64,000 nucleotides of DNA, from NCBI GenBank assembly GCA_963843575.1, contig CAWJKZ010000014.1, positions 1-64,000 of the forward strand, written 5' to 3'. A program made the position numbers and the translations under genes. The notes beneath the pieces are model-generated. The model was not told the origin of the DNA. It was given only the letters and a program-made list of their open reading frames with translations, and made no database searches. The stretch comes from an uncultured Acidobacteriota bacterium. GTDB taxonomy: Bacteria; Acidobacteriota; UBA6911. Positions 48,373-60,337 of the stretch are shown piece by piece. Each line of letters opens with the position of its first letter. The first letter of the stretch is position 1.

Positions 48373-49449
48373 GTGTCCACCCTCGACCGCCCGGAGACGT
48401 GGCCTGCCGTCGACCCGCAATCCATGCGAGGTCTGATCGAGTCCTTTCCCGAACAGTTCCGGTCAGCGGTTCGGTCTGCAGCGGAGTTGACGGCCAAGGC
48501 TCCCGGGCGCATCGACAATATCGTAGTGTGTGGCCTGGGAGGCTCCGCCATCGGGGGCGACGTCGTGCGCTCTGCCGTGGGCGGATCGATGAAGATCCCG
48601 TTGCTGGTAAGCCGGGACTACACCTTGCCTTCTTTCGTCGGCGGTACGAGCCTGGTGTTCGCCTGCAGTTACTCGGGCAACACTGAGGAGACGCTCGCCG
48701 CGTACGCGGAAGCGTGCCGGCGCGGTGCCTCGATTTTCTGCATCACTTCGGGAGGGCGTCTGGCCGGGTTGGCCCGGACGGACGGACACCCGGTCGTCGC
48801 GCTGCCGCCCGGCCTGCCGCCGCGGGCCGCCCTGGGATACTCCTCGGTGCTTCTCCTGGGAGTCCTGCGCGCCCTGGCGCTGGTTCCCGACCAGACCGCC
48901 GATCTGGAAGAGACGACCTTGTTGCTCGATTCCATGTCGAAGCGGTACAGGGTCGTGGTTCCGGAAACGGCGAATCGCGCGAAGTCGATCGCCCTGACCC
49001 TTCATGGCAGAATCGTGGCAGTCTACGGTTCCAGCGGCACCCTGGAAGCGGCAGCCGCGCGTTGGCGCGGTCAAATCGAAGAGAACGCAAAGAACCTGGC
49101 GTTTCACCACCTTCTTCCCGAGATGAACCACAACGAGCTGGTGGGCTGGAGTCTTCCGGAGGACGCGCTGTCTCGCCTCGGCGTTGTCTTTCTCCGCGAC
49201 CGCGGCGAGCACCCGCAGGTGAGAAGGCGCTTCGAAGCGACGATCGAAGCCATCGTCCCCAGGGCCGGGATCGTTCATGAAGTGTGGAGCGAGGGAGAGT
49301 CGCCGCTGGCGAGGATCTTCTCGGTGATTTATCTCGGGGACTTTGTCAGCCTGTATCTGGCCTCTCTCAACCTGGTCGACCCGACACCCGTCGAGGCCAT
49401 CGAGTCGCTCAAACGGAAGCTCGCCGAAACCCCGACGGCGGCAGGTTGA
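48373..49449 (+). CDS. Bifunctional phosphoglucose/phosphomannose isomerase
   Basis: GLGGSAIGG, SYSGNTEET, PRAALG, ENAK, PEMNHNE, DPTPVEAI..LK. Confidence 0.93.
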   Translation: MSTLDRPETWPAVDPQSMRGLIESFPEQFRSAVRSAAELTAKAPGRIDNIVVCGLGGSAIGGDVVRSAVGGSMKIPLLVSRDYTLPSFVGGTSLVFACSYSGNTEETLAAYAEACRRGASIFCITSGGRLAGLARTDGHPVVALPPGLPPRAALGYSSVLLLGVLRALALVPDQTADLEETTLLLDSMSKRYRVVVPETANRAKSIALTLHGRIVAVYGSSGTLEAAAARWRGQIEENAKNLAFHHLLPEMNHNELVGWSLPEDALSRLGVVFLRDRGEHPQVRRRFEATIEAIVPRAGIVHEVWSEGESPLARIFSVIYLGDFVSLYLASLNLVDPTPVEAIESLKRKLAETPTAAG

Positions 49450-49526
49450 CGTCCACCGTTTCCCCTTGGTTGCTGCAACTGTTTGAGTATTTGACAGTTC
49501 CGCTGTTCATTTGACAGAATAGGTCA

Positions 49527-49662
49527 CCGGGTTCCCGCCACCCTGTTGGGTGGTTCACACCAGGCTGGTTTGGGTCGGCATGACCTGTCAGGCGGTGGCC
49601 GGCAGCTCGACGGGGAAGAGGACGCAGATTTGGGCTGGATGCCGGGCCGGCGGGGGTGCCTG
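49527..49662 (+). ncRNA. Candidate structured RNA / leader upstream of dapF (unassigned)
   Basis: Follows TTGACA-N18-CAGAAT; ends pair (TTCCCGCC/GGCGGGGG) and internal nested stems form a rod. Confidence 0.4.
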
Positions 49663-49667
49663 CGGTT

Positions 49668-50543
49668 ATGGAGTTTGCCAAGCTTCACGGATTGGGAAAC
49701 GATTTTCTGGTGATTCGCGTCGGCGATGCCGGCGACGTCCGCCGCACGCTGACCTCTCTGGCCACGGCGATCTGCCACCGCCACCTCGGGGTGGGCGCGG
49801 ATGGCGTGGTCTACTACCAGCGCACGATTGGAGACGATGACGCGGACGTTTCGGCCCTCATTTTCAACGCCGACGGGAGCCGGGCGGAAATGTCGGGTAA
49901 TGGCCTGCGCTGCCTCGCTGCCTTCCTGTGCGTCTCCGGCCAGCATCGGGCGGCCAGCGTGAGGGTGCGCACGGTTGCGGGCGTCAAGACGCTCACCCTG
50001 AGGCAACGGGAAGGGAAGATCTTCACTTTCGAGACCTCCATGGGGCGGCCCATAACCGAACCGGAACGCATCCCTCTCCGCCCGGGACCCTCCTCCGGCC
50101 CGGCGATTGACTGGCCGCTGACCGTCGGATCGGAGTCCGTCCAGATCACGGCGAGTTCAATGGGAAACCCCCACTGCTCCACGTTCTGGCCGGACGTAGC
50201 CCAGGCCCCGGTCGACACCCTCGGCCCGTTGCTCGAGAGGCACGCCGCCTTCCCGAACCGGACCAATGTCGAGTTCATCCAGGTCCTGGACCGGCACCGG
50301 CTGCGGTTGCGGTTCTGGGAACGCGGGGTGGGGCGGACGCTCTGCTCCGGCACCGGCAGTTCGGCTGCGGTCGTGGCAGCGACGCTCCGGAAGGAGGTGG
50401 AGAGCCCCGTCACGGTCGAGACCGAGCTCGGATCGCTGCTGGTGCGGTGGGACGCGTCCGGCGAGCTGTATCTCACAGGCCCGGCCGAACTCATCTGCAC
50501 CGGTGTGTATGCCGAGGGTGAAGCCGCGGAAGAGCCGGCATGA
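49668..50543 (+). CDS. dapF: Diaminopimelate epimerase
   Basis: KLHGLGNDF, GVGADG, NADGS.AEMSGNGLRC, SMGNPH, NRTNVEF, ERGVG.T.CSGTG. Confidence 0.93.
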   Translation: MEFAKLHGLGNDFLVIRVGDAGDVRRTLTSLATAICHRHLGVGADGVVYYQRTIGDDDADVSALIFNADGSRAEMSGNGLRCLAAFLCVSGQHRAASVRVRTVAGVKTLTLRQREGKIFTFETSMGRPITEPERIPLRPGPSSGPAIDWPLTVGSESVQITASSMGNPHCSTFWPDVAQAPVDTLGPLLERHAAFPNRTNVEFIQVLDRHRLRLRFWERGVGRTLCSGTGSSAAVVAATLRKEVESPVTVETELGSLLVRWDASGELYLTGPAELICTGVYAEGEAAEEPA

Positions 50544-51723
50544 AGAGTTCAGGCGCATTGCTGGAGTTTTTCGAAGGGGGTATGGACGGCTCACTGGAGC
50601 TGCTCAGGAATCTCGTAGAACTCGAGTCGGGCTCGCTGGAGAAACCTTCCCTCGACCGATTGGCCGGCTTTCTCGCAGGGGAATTCGAGTCGCGCGGCGC
50701 CTGGGTCTCGCTGATCCCGGTTGCAGGCCGGGGCAACATCGTGAAGGCCGAATGGAGGAGCAGGGAGGCCGTCAAGCCCGTTCTCGTCCTCGGCCACATG
50801 GACACGGTCTGGCCGGCTGGCACGATCCTGAAGCGGCCTTTCCGGATAGCGGGCGGGCGGGCGTACGGACCCGGCGTGTTCGACATGAAGTGCGGGCTGC
50901 TGATCAGTCTGCTGGCCTGCGAGGCCTTCAGGCAGGGCAAGATCGATCCCGGCGGGAATGTGGTGTTCCTTTTCACTTCCGACGAAGAGATCGGAAGCGA
51001 GTCCGGGGTTGCCTGCCTTCGGGACACGGCCGCCGGTTGCCGAGCCGTCCTGTGCCTCGAGCCGCCGCTCCCGGGCGGTGCGGCAAAGACCTTTCGCAAG
51101 GGAGTCGGGGAAGTCAGTATCACGGTCCAGGGCGTCCCGGCGCACGCCGGCCTGGACCACGAGAAAGGCGCGAACGCGATCGTGGAGCTTGCCAATCAGC
51201 TTCTGCGCCTCCAGGCGCTGACTGATTACGATCGAGGGCTCACCATCAGCGTCGGGAAAGTCAGGGGCGGCTCCGCGACGAACGTCGTGCCGGCCGAGGC
51301 GGAAGCGGAGATCGATTTCCGCGTCGCTTCGTTGTCCGACGCCGAGTGGGTCGGGGACAGCTGGAGTCGCTGCAACTATTCGATTCGCGGTGCACGATCC
51401 GGGTCCGGGGGGGACTCAGCCGCCCCCCGCTGGAGCGCACGCCGGCCGTGGTGGAGCTGTATCGAACGGCGCGCGGCGTCGCGGCGGAGTTCGGGATGAG
51501 CCTCGGCGAAGGTCCCAGTGGCGGGGGAAGCGACGGGTCGTTCACTGCCGCGATGGGCATTCCCACGCTGGACGGCCTCGGGGTCGACGGCGACGGCGCC
51601 CATGCCGAAAATGAGCACGTCATCGTCGCCGACATACCGCGCAGGGCGGCGTTGATTTCCCGTCTGGTACAATCGTTGGTGAACGATGTCACTGAATTGG
51701 GTGCAATCGCGCCAACCGCCTGA
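50540..51723 (+). CDS. M20 family peptidase (glutamate carboxypeptidase-like); frameshift near 51355
   Basis: GHMDTVW, GPGVFDMK, DEEIGS, AHAG, GGSDG, PTLDGLG..G.GAHA..E. Confidence 0.92.
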
Positions 51724-51735
51724 GCTGACAAAGCA

Positions 51736-52619
51736 ATGAGGATCGACCTGAAGAACCGATTTGCCCTCGTGTGGCTGCTGTTGCTGACGTACGCCTTTCC
51801 CGGGACGGCCGCCGAGCAGGGCACGAAAACCTTCGCGTTTGTCGGGCCGCAATATCTCATGACGGCAGAGCTCGCGACCCCGCGCAGTTTCATCGTCAAT
51901 TTCATCAACCTGTCCGATTTCGTCGTGGTCATCCAGTGCAGTGAGTTCATTTATCGGGGTGCCTCGGGGCGATACTACATCGGGCAGGTTTTCGAGGACG
52001 AGTACAAGGACAATCGCGGCGAGACGATGAAGTACAGGGCGTCTGTCCTCCTCAAGGGGCACTCGGTGGCGGGGCTGACCCTTTTCGGCGCCTTTCGCGA
52101 AGTCGACCAGATCGAAGAACTGAGCATCCGGATCGGCTCCAAGCGGTTTTATCTTCAGCCGTTGGAAAAAGCGGATTTCGAACAACTCGCCGCCAAGGTC
52201 GAGTCGCTCGATCTGAAAAACCAGAGCAGCCGCGAGGCTCTGCAGGAGGCGAACATCGAGGCGACGGGACGGTCAAGTCGACCGATGGCACCTCTGAATG
52301 GGACAGGGACTGGCAGAACCTCCTGACGCCCGAGGGAGTCAACCCCCCCAAAATCATCCAACGGACGGAGGTCGAGCCGACCGAGGATGCCCAGAAAAGC
52401 CGCACCTACGGCAAGGTGCGGCTGGCCGCGACCATAAACAAAAACGGCGGCATTCAGGACCTGAAGGTGGACAAGGGTTTGGGCAAAGGCCTGGACGAGC
52501 GCGCCATGGAAGCCGTCAAGAACAGCTGGCAGTTTCTGCCCGCGACGCGGAACGGAGAAGTGCTCGAAAGCGCCATCCGGTTCGACGTCGATTTTCCGCC
52601 GCCCGCCGAGAAGAAATAG
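51736..52619 (+). CDS. Secreted protein with C-terminal TonB domain; frameshift near 52270
   Basis: Signal peptide; C-terminal KGLGKGLDERAMEAVKNSWQFLPATRNG. Confidence 0.8.
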
Positions 52620-52639
52620 GGGCCAGTCGGCAGCGGAAG

Positions 52640-53450
52640 CGCTAACAGCCGGCCGGTTTTGCGAAAAAGAGCGGAGATCGAACCGAGCAGGGCGGGGATG
52701 GTGTGTTCGCCGGGCACGATCTCAACGTGTTTCCCGAGCGCAGCGGCGGTCGCCGCGGTGACCGGTCCGATGGAGCCGCAAGGGTTCATGCAGGATGTGA
52801 CGTCCCGCCGCTCCCCGACAATGCTGACGAAGTTCGAAACGGTCGACGAGCTGGTGAAGACCAGGAGGTCCGGGGCACCGTGCAGGACGAGATCGATGGT
52901 CGCCGGCGCCACCGTTCCCGGGACACCGTCTCGTAAATCGCGACGACGTCGATGCGCGCGCCGGCAGTCTCGAGCGCCTCGGGATGACGTCCCGGGCGCT
53001 GCTGGCGCGCGGGAAGAGCACGCGGGGCCCGGGGGTTGCGTGGCAGCAACGATGCCAGCGCATCCGCGGCGCCCTCTCCCGACGTAGCGTTCGGGGACAA
53101 GGTCAATCCGGAAGCCGGCTTCCGCGCTCGGGCCGCCGTCGCCGGCCCGACGGCGCATAGGTTCAGGGTGGCGGGCAACGCGCGCGCTCCCCCGGCGTGA
53201 CAGCGCCTCGGCGAAGCGATCCACCGCGTGCGCGCTGGTGAACACAAGCCAGCGGTACTCGTCCAGGCGGTCCAGCGCCGCATCGATGGCGCTCCGGTCT
53301 TCGCGAGTGCGCGCACCTCGATCGATTCGAAGGGGACGACGCGTGCGCCGCGGGCCTCAAGCCCGGAGATCAGGGCCTCGGCTTTCATGCCGGCTGCAGG
53401 CGACGACGACGACTTTGCCTTCCAACGGCCCGGCCGATCGTCTGGAAGGA
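52640..53450 (-). CDS. hemD: Uroporphyrinogen-III synthase; heavily frameshifted, ends approximate
   Basis: Fragments FTSAHAV, CAVGPATA, LFPRAS.ARD, VFTSSSTVSNF, SIGPVTAATA, HTIPALL; position after hemC. Confidence 0.8.
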
Positions 53451-53479
53451 TGCCGCACGCCGGGCCCGCCACGGGAGAA

Positions 53480-54395
53480 CCTGGTGGATTGCCGACAGGA
53501 TGGCGTCGCCGCCGGCGGCCAGCATCGTCTCGGCGAGCGCGATCCCGCACTCCTGGGCGTGCGCGAGAGGTGGTTTCCGCCGACTTGCGGATCAACCGGC
53601 TGCCGTCGGGCGACGCGACGAGCCCGTCGAGGAGCAGCCGGTCCCCGGATGCGCGCGCGTACGACGGCGACCGGGCTGTTGCACCCTCCCCCAGGCGTCT
53701 CAGGAACGAGCGTTCGGCCAGGACCGCCGAAACGGTGACCGGGTCGTCGAGGTGCGCGATCAGCGTCTTGCGGCCCTGTCGTCCCGTCTCGTCTCGAGGG
53801 CGAGCGCGCCCTGCCCGGGAGCCGGCAGCATCAGGTCCGTCGGGATGCGCAGCGTGATGCGGTCCTGCAGCCCGAGGCGGTTGAGCCCGGCGCACGCCAG
53901 CACGATCGCCTGATAGCCCCCTCCGGCGAGCTTCTGGAGCCGCGTGTCGACGTTGCCCCTGATGTCGACTACCTGAAGGTCGGGCCGCACCGCGAGCAGT
54001 TGGGCCTGGCGGCGGATGCTCCCGGTCCCCACCACGGCCTGCTCGGGCAGCCCGGCAAGCTCGGCGACCGGCGACATCGAGACGAGGGCGTCGCGGGGAT
54101 CCTCTCTCGGGGGCACGGCCGCCAGCTGCAGGGCTTCCGGGATGCGGGAAGGGACATCTTTCATGCTGTGGACCGCCAGGTCGATCTCGCCGGCGATCAA
54201 CGCGTCCTCGATCTCCTTCACGAACACGCCCGTCGACCCGCTCGAACGAAGGGAACTCTGGTGTCACGGTCGGCCGAAGTCTTGATTACTCTTATCGTGA
54301 TGACGGTTGCCGGGAAAGCGGTCGAGGATGCGGTCGCGCACCCAGTGAGTCTGTGCCAGCGCCAGCGCGCTGCCGCGGCTGCCGATTGTCAGCAT
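53480..54395 (-). CDS. hemC: Hydroxymethylbilane synthase; frameshifted
   Basis: IGSRGSALALAQ, FVKEIEDAL, AVHSMKDVP, REDPRD, IRGNVDTRL, PAPGQGAL, AERSFLR. Confidence 0.92.
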
Positions 54396-54417
54396 CTGTG
54401 TCGCTCCCCGGTTGCCC

Positions 54418-55708
54418 TCAGTTTTCTTTACCGCCGCCGGTCTCGGACCTGAACATCCGCTTGATCGATTCCAGGTAGGCCTGATGGTGTTGGTCCTGGT
54501 GGATGGAACGTACGTGCGTGACCAGGGGATGGGAGATCTTGCTGGCGATCCTGGCGACCATGGATTCGAGTTCCTTGATTTCGCCGGGTTCCTTAGGCCC
54601 GCGCTTGCGCAGGTACCGCTCGAGCTCGGCGCGACAGATCTGACCGATGCGGTCCTGCACCTGCACGACCACGGGGCCGACGTCGAGCGAGCGCAGCCGC
54701 GAGCACAGAGCGGACACTTCGTGCTCGATGATTCTCTCGGCCGTCGCCGCCTCTTTGCGCCGCTCCCCGAGGTTTGCGTCGACCACCGCCGCAAGGTCGT
54801 CGATGTCGTAGCAGAAGATGTTGTCGATCTCGGCGACCGCGGGATCGACGTTTCTGGGGACGGAGATGTCGACGAAGACCAGGGGCGCGTGCCGGCGCTC
54901 GACCATCAGGCCGCGCGCCACATCGGGGCGCGATCAGACACCTGCTGCGCCGCGGTCGAGACCAGGATGACGTCCGACCGCGCCATCCAGCACGTCAACT
55001 CGTCGAACGGCACGGCGGTCCCCTTGAACTTGAGGGCGAGTTCCTGAGCGGCTTCGCTGCTGCGGTTGGTCACCCGGATCGTCTTCGCTCCCGCGGAGGC
55101 CAGGTGGCGCACGGCGACTTCGCCCATCTTCCCGGCGCCGACAATCAGCACGCTGCGTTCTCCGCAACGTACCAAAGACCTTCTGGGCCAGTTCGACCGC
55201 GGCCGAGCTGACCGAGACCGAGTACTCCCCGATGCTTGTGTCCGAACGCACGCGCTTGGCGACATGAAAGGCCGACTGCATCGACGGTGTTGAGGAATGC
55301 GCCGACCGTCTGCGCTTCGACCGCGAGGCCGTAGAACGACTTTACCTGTCCCAGGATCTGCGGCTCCCCGAGCACCATCGAATCCAGCGAGCAGGCGACT
55401 CTGAGAACGTGGCGCACCGCCTCGTGTTCGACGTGACAATACAACCGCGGCCTCAGGTCCGTGGCGTCCAGACCGCTTTCGCGGCGCAGGAAATCCTCCA
55501 GCAGCTGTGTCCCGGGGCAGCCTTCGCGCACACGGACCAGCAGCTCCACCCGGTTGCAGGTGGAGACGATCATGGCCTCCTCGACGCCCGGCTGCCGGGC
55601 CAGTTCGAGAAGCGCGTCGGGCAGGCGCTCGGGGGCGAACGCCGCGCGTTCCCGTACGCTGATTTCTGCCGTGCGGTGGTTCAGACCCACCAGGACGAGG
55701 TTGAGCAT
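54418..55708 (-). CDS. hemA: Glutamyl-tRNA reductase; frameshifted
   Basis: GLNHRTA, STCNRVE, LDSMVLGEPQILGQVK, GAGKMG, DISVPRNVDP. Confidence 0.94.
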
Positions 55709-55754
55709 TTGTCGATTCACTGCGGACGTCGTGCGGCCCACCGCGCGGGCGCCT

Positions 55755-56561
55755 TCATATATAGGTGTGCAATCCCTTGAACCAGTTCATCCCGAACGTG
55801 AGCAGGATCGAGACGAACCCGATGATGCTGATGTACGCAGCCCAGCGCCCGCGCCAATTGGAGGACAACCGGTAGTTCACCAGCGCCAGGTAAATCCCCC
55901 AGCTCACCAGCGAGGCGGTCTCCTTCGGATCCCAGCTCCAGAACCTCCCCCACGCCTGCTGTGCCCAGAAGGCGCCGGTCAGGATGGTTATGCTCATCAG
56001 GATGAAGCCGGCGAACAGGGACACGCGCAGGATCTCGTCGCACACCTGAAGAGACGGCAGCCGGAAGTACAGGAAGCGGAATTTCTTCTCCTTCAGCTCC
56101 TTTTCCTGGACGAGGTACAGGATCCCCGACATGAAGGTGAGGAAGAACGCAGCGTATGCCAGGAAGGCGACGCTGGTGTGGAAAAAGAGCCACTTGCTCT
56201 TGAGCGGCGCCGGAATCGCGTGATTCTCCTCCCAGATCAGTTCCGCCAGAATGGTCAGGAGAGAAACGAACGGCAGAACGAATGCGCCGAGCACGTTTGT
56301 CCTGTACCGGAGGTTGGCCACGATAAAGGTAAGGGTGACGCTCCACGCGAAAAAGGACAGAGACTCGGGCAGGTTGGTTATCGGAAAATGGCGCCGGTCG
56401 ATCCCCAGCATGACCATGAAGGCGGTGTGGGTGACAAACCCGGCGATCACCATCCAGAGGGCGAGGGTGACGAAGACCTGCCGTTTCTGGTAAAAGCCCA
56501 GAAAGGAATGCAGCAATCCCAGGGTGTAGAGGGCGAAGGTTGCCTGAAGAGTCCAGTTCAT
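55755..56561 (-). CDS. ccsA: Cytochrome c assembly protein CcsA/HemX-like
   Basis: WWD motif GAFWAQQAWGRFWSWDPKE, conserved His residues, GLHTY end. Confidence 0.9.
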   Translation of the reverse strand: MNWTLQATFALYTLGLLHSFLGFYQKRQVFVTLALWMVIAGFVTHTAFMVMLGIDRRHFPITNLPESLSFFAWSVTLTFIVANLRYRTNVLGAFVLPFVSLLTILAELIWEENHAIPAPLKSKWLFFHTSVAFLAYAAFFLTFMSGILYLVQEKELKEKKFRFLYFRLPSLQVCDEILRVSLFAGFILMSITILTGAFWAQQAWGRFWSWDPKETASLVSWGIYLALVNYRLSSNWRGRWAAYISIIGFVSILLTFGMNWFKGLHTYI

Positions 56562-56802
56562 GGCTCAGGGTCCGAGAATGGTGAATGGTAACACTCCGGG
56601 GGCGGGTCGGCAAACGCAGTCTGCGGCCGGGCCGCCCGGCCCTGGCGTCCTTGAACTGCCTGCCGCAATCTGCTAAATTCGCACCTTCCAGGAACGAGCC
56701 CCCGCGAGCCGTCGAGTGTCCTGAATTGCATCTTCGCATTCCGACCTTCGCGAGTCTTGGAGCTTGCTGTCCAAGTTATCAACCCTGCACCCGGCCAAGC
56801 GT

Positions 56803-58437
<1,635 letters not shown>

Positions 58438-60337
58438 TTGCGGCGTGCGTGCTGCTCGGGTCGCTGTGGGCGTTTCCCTCAGGGGGTCGGACACCGGCCG
58501 GCGCTTCGAACCCGGTCCTCGTCTTTACGCAGGTTCCCTGCCGTCCGCGGCCGGCAGCGCCGAAGGGTGTGTTTGAGTTCCGCAACGCTAGGCCCGAGGG
58601 CGCCCGGATCGTCAGCATGGCTCCGGGCCGGCCCATCCAGGTCCTTACCTCCGAGTTCGCCTCCGCCTGCGACCCCTCGCTCTCCTTCGATGCCCGGCGC
58701 ATCCTGTTTGCCGCCAGGCGCACTCTGCGCGACACGTGGTCCATCTGGGAGATGTCGGTCGACGGCTCGGACAAGCGGGAGATCACGCCTGGCTTCGGCA
58801 ACTGCGCGGGGCCCCGCTATCTCGCGCGCGGGAGCATCACGCCGCCTGAATACGACGAGAAGGTGCGCTGGATCGTGTTTTCCTCCGACGCGGCGGGGAC
58901 CCGCGAGGAGCTGAGCGACAGCCTGGCGACCGCGCTCTACGTGCGCAACATCGAGCCGATCGCCGGCCGCGGGGTTGTTACCTGGCGCACCACCTTCAAC
59001 CTCTCGAGCGACTTTTCTCCGACGGTCCTGCGCGACGGCAGGGTCCTGTTCACGAGTCGGCAGCCCGGGGACGATCCCGCCCACCCGCTTGGGCGCTTTC
59101 CGCTCATGCTCGCCAATTGGGACGGCACGGGGCTGAACCTGTTCTACGGGAACTCGGAAGGGGCCGTGCTGGACACGATGGGGGTCGAGATGCCGGATCG
59201 CACCCTCGTCTTCGTCGAGTCCGACGGGGAGGACGCAAACGGCGCCGGCAGGCTCGCCCGCGTCTCGTTCGCGCGGCCGCTCCACAGCCACGAAGTCCTG
59301 AGCCGGGAGCCGGGGCTGTATGCCAGCCCTGCGGCGCGCGCCGACGGGACCCTCGTGACGAGCTACGCCCCGGCCGGGAGGAGCTTCGGCCTCTACCGGT
59401 TCAGCCTGGAAACGGGTGCCCCGTCGGAGGCGCTGTTCGACGACCCGAAGTGGGACGAACTCCAGCCTGTCCCGGTCGAAGCCAGGGCCGAGCCCACCGG
59501 TCTCCTGAGCGCGGTCGTGGATTCGGCGGAGACCGCAGATCTGCAATGTCTCAACGTCTACGAATCGGAAACGGCCGAGCCGCCCCGCAAGGGAGAGGTC
59601 AAGTCCGTCCGGCTGATCGAGGGGGTGCCGCTCCCCGCACACGAGAGAATTCTGCCGCCGCTGCCCGGGAGCGCCTCTCCTTCGAACCTGCGCACCCGAA
59701 TCCTGGGAGAGGCGCCGGTGGAGGAGGACGGATCCTTTCTCGTGACCGTTCCCGGGGACACCCCGTTTTTCGTGCAACTGTTGGATGCCGGGGGCATGGC
59801 GGTCAAAAACATGCGCGGCTGGATGTGGGTTCGGAAAGGGACCAGCCGAGGCTGCATCGGTTGCCACGAGAACAGGGAGATGGCGCCGGAGAACCGTGCG
59901 ACCATTGCCCTGATCAAGCACAGGCCGGCCGCGCTGCTGACCCCGCCCGCCGAGCGCAAGAGCCTCGACTTCCAGAAAGACATCATGCCGCTGCTGCAGG
60001 CGCGCTGCGCCTCGTGCCACAGCGGCAAATCACCCAGCGGCGGCTTCAGAATCACGGGCACCGCGCCGGCCCCGTTCAACCACGCCTATCGTCAGCTCCT
60101 GAGCGTCAGGCCGGCCCACTCGGTTCAGGGGGATGGTGGCAGCCCCCTCGTCCTGCCCGGCAGCGCGCGACAAAGCCTTTTATCCCAGATAGTTGGCGCA
60201 GTCGAAACCCTCGCGCCCGGGGAGCTCCGGACATCCGGCTGTCGAGTTGACTGACGAGGAGCGTCGCACCGTGGTGCAGTGGATCGACCTGGGAGCCCGA
60301 TGGGCGAATTAATTGCATAATTGCTGCATATCACGCA

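Noticed and set aside
49527-49662. Lysine riboswitch or SRP RNA
   Set aside because: Lacks the ordered lysine-riboswitch motifs; TCAGGCGGTGGCCGGCAGC only loosely resembles SRP helix 8 and has no GNRA loop.
52640-55708. Pseudogenisation or programmed frameshifting of hemA/hemC/hemD (also dnaB and others)
   Set aside because: Single-base shifts are scattered over many unrelated genes while the protein motifs stay conserved; sequencing or assembly indels are the simpler explanation.
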